A stretch of DNA of 61,826 nt, from the IMG/VR virus record IMGVR_UViG_3300021957_000032, positions 1 through 61,826 of that record. The stretch is one strand, 5' to 3'. Made by a program: the position numbers and the translations under genes. The first letter of the stretch is position 1; each line of letters opens with the position of its first letter. Positions 54,519 to 61,826 of the stretch are shown in pieces. The notes beneath the pieces were generated by a model. It did not search any database. It worked only from the letters and a program-made list of their open reading frames with translations, and was not told the origin of the DNA. The stretch comes from a virus. Taxonomy: Duplodnaviria > Caudoviricetes.

Positions 54519-55496
54519 ATGATAAATACAGTAAGAGCTACCGTCCTTTCTATCGCAAATAAAAATAATTACGGTTATATAACACCTAATGATTTTAACT
54601 TATATGCAAAGCAAGCACAATTAGATATTTTTGAAGATTATTTTTATCAATATAATTCACAGATAGTAAAACAAAACGCTAGAGTTTCAGGATCAGGGTA
54701 CGCAGATATTTTAAAAGGAATAGAGGAAGTTGTTGATAGTTTTTCATCTACTAAATCTTTAGTGACAAGTGGGCTAAATACCTACGATATGCCTGAAGAT
54801 TATTATTTAATGAACAAGATAAATTACTATCCGTTGTTTATTACGCAAGGTGCAGTTACAGTAGTTTCTCAAGATAGAATAGTAGACCAAAATGCAGACT
54901 TTATAGCTGATGGTGTTCAGCCAGGAATGTTGGTTGTGAGTGTTACAAACCCTCTTGACCCTTCAGTAATTGTTACAGGTGATAGTGCTTTTGTTGTTAG
55001 TGTTGATGGTATAAATCAATTAACAATATCTTCAAATATAGGTATTGTTCAAGATCAAGGTTATGCTATTTTAAGTACATCAAGAATAACTGAAGTTGAA
55101 AGAGTTTCTCAAAACAAAATATTTTATTTGAATTCATCGCCTTTAACTCAACCGAATTCAACATTCCCAGCCTATGTTTTAGGTGGAGCAAATAGTACTG
55201 TTTATGGAAATACCATTACTGTATATCCAAATACCTTAACAACAGAAGGAACAATTATAGGTCAATATATAAGATACCCTAAAGATCCTAATTGGACATA
55301 TTTTAATATTATTACAGGAGGAGAACCTAGTTTTGATGAAACAGCTCCTGATTATCAAGATTTTGAATTGCCTGATTCTGACCAGACTAATTTAGTTAAT
55401 AAAATTCTTCAGTACGCAGGAGTATCTATAAGAGAAACAGCATTAGCACAATTTGGAAAAATGGAAGAAAAAGAATCAGACCAACAAGAAGGATAA
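54519..55496 (+). CDS. Putative tail adaptor/ring protein
   Basis: Likely start ATG 54519; NK...GYITP.DFNL.A..AQL, YIRYPKDP, FELP. Confidence 0.6.
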   Translation: MINTVRATVLSIANKNNYGYITPNDFNLYAKQAQLDIFEDYFYQYNSQIVKQNARVSGSGYADILKGIEEVVDSFSSTKSLVTSGLNTYDMPEDYYLMNKINYYPLFITQGAVTVVSQDRIVDQNADFIADGVQPGMLVVSVTNPLDPSVIVTGDSAFVVSVDGINQLTISSNIGIVQDQGYAILSTSRITEVERVSQNKIFYLNSSPLTQPNSTFPAYVLGGANSTVYGNTITVYPNTLTTEGTIIGQYIRYPKDPNWTYFNIITGGEPSFDETAPDYQDFELPDSDQTNLVNKILQYAGVSIRETALAQFGKMEEKESDQQEG

Positions 55497-55499
55497 ATT

Positions 55500-56426
55500 A
55501 TGGCATATATAACAGAATATCAGTATTACGAAAATACAGGAAACCCAAACACATTAGATGAAAATTGGGGTTCATATCAATATGTATCATTAAATGACAT
55601 TGTAAATAATTTCATTTTAATGTATGTTGGAAATGACAAGTTGATAAATAATGTTGAAAGATTTAATATTATATTTCATGCTAAAAGAGCTATTCAGGAG
55701 TTGAACTACGATTCAATGAAAGAAATTAAAATCTTAGAATTAGAAGTTTGTGATACATTAAGATATGTATTGCCACATGACTATGTAAATTGGGTAAGAA
55801 TTTCTTTATACAAAAACGGAACATTACTTCCACTAACTGAAAATATACAAACAAATTGGAGTGATGCGTATTTACAAGATAATAATTGTAGAATACTGTT
55901 TGACCATGAAGGTAAAATACTAAAACCATCTACTTCAACTGTAGACTTACAAAGAATTACAGGTGGTAAGAAAAGTATTTACTTAAACGAACAAAGTCAA
56001 TACAATGGACAAGAGGGATATTTTTATAATGGCCTTTGGTATTTTGAGTATCCTGTAGGTGCAAGATATGGATTGAATACAGAAACAGCAAATGCAAATC
56101 CTACTTTTAAAATAAACAAAAAGTCAGGAGTAATAAACTTTAGTTCTGACATGGCAGGTGAGCTTTGTGTATTAGAATATGTATCAGATGGTATGGAAAA
56201 TGGAGTTGACTCAGAGATAAGCGTTAACAAGCTTTTTGAAGAGTTTATTTATTCATATATGAAATTTGTTATTCTTTCAAGTAAATATGGAATACAAGAG
56301 TATATCGTAAATAGAGCTAGAAAGGAAAAATCAGCCCTTCTAAGGAACGCAAAATTAAGATTGAGCAATATACATCCAGGGAGATTATTAATGAATCTAA
56401 GGGGACAAAACAAGTGGATAAAATAA
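55500..56426 (+). CDS. Putative tail tubular/ring protein
   Basis: 308 aa; LPHDYVNWVRIS, LEYVSDG. Confidence 0.6.
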   Translation: MAYITEYQYYENTGNPNTLDENWGSYQYVSLNDIVNNFILMYVGNDKLINNVERFNIIFHAKRAIQELNYDSMKEIKILELEVCDTLRYVLPHDYVNWVRISLYKNGTLLPLTENIQTNWSDAYLQDNNCRILFDHEGKILKPSTSTVDLQRITGGKKSIYLNEQSQYNGQEGYFYNGLWYFEYPVGARYGLNTETANANPTFKINKKSGVINFSSDMAGELCVLEYVSDGMENGVDSEISVNKLFEEFIYSYMKFVILSSKYGIQEYIVNRARKEKSALLRNAKLRLSNIHPGRLLMNLRGQNKWIK

Positions 56427-56427
56427 T

Positions 56428-59400
56428 ATGGCTAAGATTCAAAAGAACTTTGTTGCAGGTAGAATGAATAAAAGCATTGATGAACGACTAGTTCCTCAAG
56501 GCGAGTACATAGATGCATTAAATGTAAGATTGGGTTCTACAGAAGGTACTGAAATAGGTGCTGTAGAAAACTCAAAAGGAAATGATTTAGTAGTTGAGTT
56601 AGAATTTTTAAATCAACCATTAAGTCTTAGCGCTAGATGTATTGGTGCTTATGAAGATGGTGCAAACGAAACAATTTATTGGTTTGTACACGACAAGGCA
56701 AATACTTTGTCATCTACAGGAAAAGTAGATTTGATAGTATCATATAATACAAGAACATTTGTTTTATTTTATCATGTAATATCTACGTCTATATTAAATT
56801 TTGATGAAGATTATTTAGTTAATGGAGTTAATTTAATAGGTGATTTATTGTTTTTTACAGACAACATAAATCCTCCTAGAAAAATAAATGTAAATAGAAC
56901 TTACTTAAGGCCAAACAACTTTACAACAGTTGATGAGATTACAGAGCAAGATATAGGGGTTATATTAGCCCCTCCATTAAACCCTCCAACTTTAGATAGC
57001 TATCAATTAGGTGGTGGTGAAAATTACATGGAGCAACTTTTTTTAAGCTTTGCTTATAGATGGCAATATGAAGATGGAGAGTATTCAGCTTTATCACCGT
57101 TTAGTCAAGTTGCTTTTACCCCAGGGCCGTTTGAAATAAATTATGACACCTATGATAATGATGGAATGCTTAATCAGTTTAATACTACTGATATTACATT
57201 TAATACAGGTGGTAAAAATGTAAAAGATATAGATGTAATATTTAAGTTTAGCACAAGTCAAACTGTCAATGTTATAGAAAGATTTAATAAAATTAACGAG
57301 GGATGGCAAGACAATAGCTTTCAAACATTGCCATTTACAAACAAAAAAATATTTACAACTTTACCTGAAGCTCAGTTGCTTAGGTTGTTTGATAACGTGC
57401 CTAAAAAGGCTCAGGCTCAAACAATTATGGGTAATAGATTAATGTATGGTAATTATGTTGATGGATACGATGTTGTTAACTCACAGGGTAAGGAAATATA
57501 CTTAGATTACAACTTATCTTTAATATCAAAAGATCTTACTGCAGACGAAATTGACGGAACACTATCAGATGTTGATTATACAATACAAGGAAGTACTGTT
57601 AATGTAAACAATGCAAAAACAACAATTGATTTTAGTGGTTTAGATTTAGTAGCAGGCTCACAGATAGGTGTTGATTTTTCTTACGAAAGCAATACTTTTG
57701 GTGGAGATGCATCTTATTATGATGGAACACAACCTGAAAACTCATATGAAAGGACTTTTCTTTTTAATATACAACAAGATTATCCAAGTGTTTTTGCGTT
57801 AGTTACAAGTGCTGAGTTTATAAATGCTGTTAGTGACTTTGTTCCTATAGCTGACTCAAGCTGTTTTAATGTTTGTCAAGCAAACTGTACTTCAGGAAGC
57901 AGTCAAACTGACCTTTTTAATTGTGGTATACTTAGTAAAAATGAATGGGAGTATGTGGGATTCGGTATAACAGGTACACCACAAGGTATATTAATTGAAG
58001 CATCACAAGGTAGTGATGAAGTTTCTTTTACTTTTCCAGCTTTAAAATTCGAACAATATGACCAAACACAAACCCCTCCAACACCAATGGGGGTATTTGC
58101 TTATGAGTATTTAGGAGCTATAGATGCAACAGGTTTATACGCTAAAGATAGTTCAAAACAATCCTTGCATAGTAATAGAGATTACGAAATAGGAATTGTA
58201 TACATGGATGAGTATGGAAGAAGTACTACTGCTTTAGTTGATACAAATAATACAGTTTTTATACCATGTGATAAATCCATAGCAAAAAATAACATTAGAG
58301 TTGAGTTAAACAACTACCCTCCATATTGGGCAACTAAGTATAAGTTTGTAATAAAAGAATCAAAAGGATTATACAGAACTATTTACTCAAACATATTTTT
58401 TCAAGAAGAAGAAACAGGTTTGATATACTTTAAGCTTGAAGGAGACAACAGAGATAAGGTAAAAGATAATGAAACTTTATTTGTAAAATCTGATACCAAT
58501 GGTGCTGTATTAAATTGCGCATCTACAAAAGTTTTAGGTTTTGGTGTAGAGGTAGATGATTTTCTTTGCGATAAAGATGCAGATGGAAATATTATAGATG
58601 GAAGTCCTGCATGTGGACAATTAGGGGGAACGTATATGCAATTAAAACCAAATGGGTTTGCTGCAAATTATCCACCCAATGCTTTTATTGATAGAAAAGA
58701 TGATTGTAGAGGAAGCTATTGTATTACAGAGGTGGGTACATATATTGATAATCCTGATTTTGGTGACCCTGGTGAATTAGAGTATATACCCTATGATGTG
58801 CCTGCAGGTAGTCTTGTTAAGATTAAACTAAGAGCGCACAGAAACAGAAGAGGAAGTAAATGTGGTAGTCGTACATATGATTATGAAAAAAGATTTACAG
58901 CTTCTCAAGATTACAATAGTTTATATGCTTGGGCTATAGGAGACAATATAGATTTTACAAACGGTACAACAACAGGTTCAGATGATACTATTAATAGTGT
59001 TTCATTTGATGAAACAATGTATGCTTTTCCATTCAATGAGATTTTCCCAGGTTTACCTACAGGAGTCCCTGGTGGAGCAGGGCAAAACGTAGTATTTTTT
59101 GCAGAAGACCCAAATGATGGTAGACAAGTTATGGCTTGGAGAAACGGAACGCCTAATTGTTCTTCACCTGACAAGAGAAACTCTTTTGGTAACATTTCAG
59201 TTATAATAAATAGAGCTACTTCTTTAATGGTATTTGAAACAGAGCCTTTAGATGCAAATGATGAATTGTACTATGAAAATGAGCAAACATTTGATATTGT
59301 AAATGGATTTCATTTATCAGGTAATGCAGATGCTGACCAAAACCAAACATTAACAGACCCTGCTATTGTAGATTTAACTTTTTTTAATTGCTTTACTTTT

Positions 59401-60867
59401 GGTAATGGTGTTGAAAGTAATACTGTTTTAGACGCCTTAATAAAACCTACGTTAAGTTTAGGTGATAAAGTAACCTCTGTATCTGAAGAACAATACAAAG
59501 AATCTAATAGATTTGGTGATGTAACTTATAGTGGAGTGTTTAATCAAGAAACAAACTTAAATAAGTTAAATCAATTTAATTTAGCGTTAGCTAATTTTAA
59601 AACACTTGAAACATCTTATGGGCCTATAAGAAGAATGCATTCAAGACAAACAGATATATTAATCTTACAGGAAGACAAAATATCTTCTTTACTTGTAGGA
59701 AAAAACTTACTATCTGATGCAGCTGCAGGAGGAGCTATTACTTCAGTACCTGAAGTTTTAGGAACACAGTTAGCTAGAGTAGAAGAGTATGGAATAAGTA
59801 ACAACCCTGAAAGCTTTTCAGTTTATGGACAAGATGTCTTTTTTACTGATGCAAAAAGAAGTTCTGTTATTCAATTAAAGGGTGCAGGAACTAGAGGAGA
59901 TACAGGTGGAAGACTAGGTGTTATATCTGAAGTTGGTATGAGGTCATGGTTTAGGGATTTGTTTGTTGATGCTTTTGAGACTCAAAAATTAGGTGGATTT
60001 GATCCATACATGAATGAGTTTGTATTAAGTTCTAACACAAGAAAAATACCTCAACCCCCAACTGTAAGAGAATGTGGATATACATTGTTAATTAGTAATT
60101 CTAGAGATATTTATAACTTAGAGGTTGATTTAGGTACAGTAATTGGAACGGTTAAATTTGATTACGAAACAAACAACCCATTAAATATTTCGGTAGAATT
60201 AGATGGTGTGATTGTAGTTAGTCAAACTGTAACAGGAAATGGGTTTGTAACTTTTGATAAACTATCTAACTTTCCAACAAACGCAAGCGTTAAATTAACT
60301 CCTGGAGTTGACCCTGTTACATATGAAATAGATTTTAATTGTCCTGTTGCAGAAGAATTAACTGTAAAAGAGATTGTTATTAATTTTGCAGGAGATGCAG
60401 ACCTTACAACCACATGTAGATATAGATGGGCTTTAGGAACTGATGTAAGTCCATATAGCACAAATCAGGTAACACTTGATGAAGATGCTGTTAGCTTATT
60501 TAATGAAACAACAGGAAGTTCATCAGTTGGTACACTACCTGCTTTAGGTTCTGTAGTGACAATGAAAAACAGACAAAATGCAGGACAAACATTTGAGTTT
60601 GTTCCAGGTCAAGATAAGTTTAAGTATTTAGTAAGTAATACAAATTATAACGAAGCTGACTTAGCAACATTGCTTCCATTATTAAATACAGCAAGTCCAA
60701 CAACAGGTTCGTTCCCTGAATATCAAGCTAGCTTTACATATAGCAATCAAGCAAGTTACATGTATTTAGTTTGGGATTTAAGAGAGCCAACGCCATTGCA
60801 GTTTTGCTATGATGTGGCAAGCCCAACAGAAGCATGTTGTGAATGTGATGAACCACCAACACCTTAA
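56428..60867 (+). CDS. Tail stabilisation/nozzle protein (N-terminal part)
   Basis: F..GRMNK..DERLVP.GEYIDALN, LFFTDN.NPPRKIN, YGISNNPES, GGFDPY. Confidence 0.75.
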   Translation: MAKIQKNFVAGRMNKSIDERLVPQGEYIDALNVRLGSTEGTEIGAVENSKGNDLVVELEFLNQPLSLSARCIGAYEDGANETIYWFVHDKANTLSSTGKVDLIVSYNTRTFVLFYHVISTSILNFDEDYLVNGVNLIGDLLFFTDNINPPRKINVNRTYLRPNNFTTVDEITEQDIGVILAPPLNPPTLDSYQLGGGENYMEQLFLSFAYRWQYEDGEYSALSPFSQVAFTPGPFEINYDTYDNDGMLNQFNTTDITFNTGGKNVKDIDVIFKFSTSQTVNVIERFNKINEGWQDNSFQTLPFTNKKIFTTLPEAQLLRLFDNVPKKAQAQTIMGNRLMYGNYVDGYDVVNSQGKEIYLDYNLSLISKDLTADEIDGTLSDVDYTIQGSTVNVNNAKTTIDFSGLDLVAGSQIGVDFSYESNTFGGDASYYDGTQPENSYERTFLFNIQQDYPSVFALVTSAEFINAVSDFVPIADSSCFNVCQANCTSGSSQTDLFNCGILSKNEWEYVGFGITGTPQGILIEASQGSDEVSFTFPALKFEQYDQTQTPPTPMGVFAYEYLGAIDATGLYAKDSSKQSLHSNRDYEIGIVYMDEYGRSTTALVDTNNTVFIPCDKSIAKNNIRVELNNYPPYWATKYKFVIKESKGLYRTIYSNIFFQEEETGLIYFKLEGDNRDKVKDNETLFVKSDTNGAVLNCASTKVLGFGVEVDDFLCDKDADGNIIDGSPACGQLGGTYMQLKPNGFAANYPPNAFIDRKDDCRGSYCITEVGTYIDNPDFGDPGELEYIPYDVPAGSLVKIKLRAHRNRRGSKCGSRTYDYEKRFTASQDYNSLYAWAIGDNIDFTNGTTTGSDDTINSVSFDETMYAFPFNEIFPGLPTGVPGGAGQNVVFFAEDPNDGRQVMAWRNGTPNCSSPDKRNSFGNISVIINRATSLMVFETEPLDANDELYYENEQTFDIVNGFHLSGNADADQNQTLTDPAIVDLTFFNCFTFGNGVESNTVLDALIKPTLSLGDKVTSVSEEQYKESNRFGDVTYSGVFNQETNLNKLNQFNLALANFKTLETSYGPIRRMHSRQTDILILQEDKISSLLVGKNLLSDAAAGGAITSVPEVLGTQLARVEEYGISNNPESFSVYGQDVFFTDAKRSSVIQLKGAGTRGDTGGRLGVISEVGMRSWFRDLFVDAFETQKLGGFDPYMNEFVLSSNTRKIPQPPTVRECGYTLLISNSRDIYNLEVDLGTVIGTVKFDYETNNPLNISVELDGVIVVSQTVTGNGFVTFDKLSNFPTNASVKLTPGVDPVTYEIDFNCPVAEELTVKEIVINFAGDADLTTTCRYRWALGTDVSPYSTNQVTLDEDAVSLFNETTGSSSVGTLPALGSVVTMKNRQNAGQTFEFVPGQDKFKYLVSNTNYNEADLATLLPLLNTASPTTGSFPEYQASFTYSNQASYMYLVWDLREPTPLQFCYDVASPTEACCECDEPPTP

Positions 60868-60876
60868 AATTAAATT

Positions 60877-61797
60877 ATGCCAAGTATAGTAAATAAATTT
60901 ATAGACTCATCAAGTTTTGCAACTGCAACTAGAGTATACGATGATATACACTTAACAACTGTATCACCAGATGGATATTATCAATATAATAATGAATATA
61001 GAAATCAAGTAAATGGACTTTTAGGGCCACTTACAATATGTGAAGAATGCGGTCTACCATGTGGTGGAATTTTAAATCCTCCAACAGGAAACGAGGGTAT
61101 ATATCAATTAGAGATTACAGCAGGAAGTACATCAGCCGATACAGGAGCTATATCTATTTATTTTGATCCTAAAAGTTTTCCTGACGGAATAAGAGTTTTA
61201 TACGATGGTGTTTATTATAATAGGTTGTCAAGTCCAAATGACGGTAACTTACAATCAACAAGTGGTGTTGCAGATGCCTTTACTATATTAGGAGACCCCA
61301 ATGACAATTGTGTTCCTTCAACGCCAAGCACACTTAATTATGTTTTCAAAAATGGTTATGATTCAAATGGATGGATAGATGGTACTCCATCACCACAAAG
61401 TATTACTATAAATACAGGAGATGATATTAGGTTTGGTCAAAATCAAGATAATTTATTAATAGTTCCAAAACCAAATGCATTACCAGCTCTTGTAACAATA
61501 CAGGTTTTAGGGCCTTGTAGTGGAACAGGTTGGGATATAGCTGTTCAATGTCCTGCAGCATTGCCTTCTTTTCAAGCTAAAGCAATAGCTAATAATGTAT
61601 CTTGTCAAGCAACAGATACCACCTTATATTTTGGTAGATTTTTAAATGCAGGAAATCCTTTCCCTATATTAAATAACCCTGTGTTTTTAGACCACGATGG
61701 AGTAAATAGAGTTGCAGACCAAAACTATATAATGGATAATAATCAAGTAATAACAGTAACACAAGGAGTTGTAAGCAGTATACAAACCTGTACTTAG
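60877..61797 (+). CDS. Putative virion protein, beta-rich with several Cys
   Basis: 306 aa lying between the two parts of the tail nozzle gene. Confidence 0.6.
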   Translation: MPSIVNKFIDSSSFATATRVYDDIHLTTVSPDGYYQYNNEYRNQVNGLLGPLTICEECGLPCGGILNPPTGNEGIYQLEITAGSTSADTGAISIYFDPKSFPDGIRVLYDGVYYNRLSSPNDGNLQSTSGVADAFTILGDPNDNCVPSTPSTLNYVFKNGYDSNGWIDGTPSPQSITINTGDDIRFGQNQDNLLIVPKPNALPALVTIQVLGPCSGTGWDIAVQCPAALPSFQAKAIANNVSCQATDTTLYFGRFLNAGNPFPILNNPVFLDHDGVNRVADQNYIMDNNQVITVTQGVVSSIQTCT

Positions 61798-61826
61798 GCC
61801 CTTAAAAAAAAGATATATGGCAGTAG
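61606..61826. repeat. Terminal direct repeat, copy 2
   Basis: Matches 1-221. Confidence 0.97.

Noticed and set aside
1-61826. Stop-codon reassignment, prophage integration module, introns or inteins
   Set aside because: Genes are intact in the standard code with TAA, TAG and TGA all used as stops. No integrase, suppressor tRNA or interrupted core gene was seen.

Overview
The window looks like one complete, circularly assembled ~61.6 kb dsDNA phage genome: positions 1-221 repeat at 61606-61826. It is AT-rich and podovirus-like, and it probably infects a Bacteroidota (Flavobacteriia-like) host, judging by TAnnTTTG promoters, A-rich translation starts without Shine-Dalgarno sites and a BT4734/VirE-type primase. 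The minus-strand block (about 11.2-29.3 kb) holds early and replication genes: many small hypothetical genes, a C5 DNA methyltransferase, a Sak-like recombinase, a RecE-like exonuclease, a probable SSB, a primase-helicase, an SF2 helicase, nucleases and two DnaA-domain-IV-like proteins. No DNA or RNA polymerase is recognisable. The plus-strand block (29.9 kb through the junction to 11.2 kb) holds GroEL/GroES, small basic proteins, lysis genes, tail fibres, terminase, portal, scaffold, major capsid, tail and internal virion proteins. The most unusual locus is the start of the early operon (28.0-29.35 kb, minus strand). It reads: consensus host promoter, gene for a basic 162-aa protein, then ~750 nt of ORF-free, densely base-paired RNA. 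That RNA carries four covarying bulged hairpins, a boxA-like element and a 45-nt tRNA-like element with no anticodon arm, making it a candidate antitermination or large-ncRNA system. Other highlights are a small gene nested out of frame in the giant virion gene, an exact 14-bp motif found five times, a T4-gene-32-like pseudoknot before the SSB gene and paired TGTCG iteron sites. All protein calls come from motif recognition by eye and all RNA folds from manual pairing; no searches were run.
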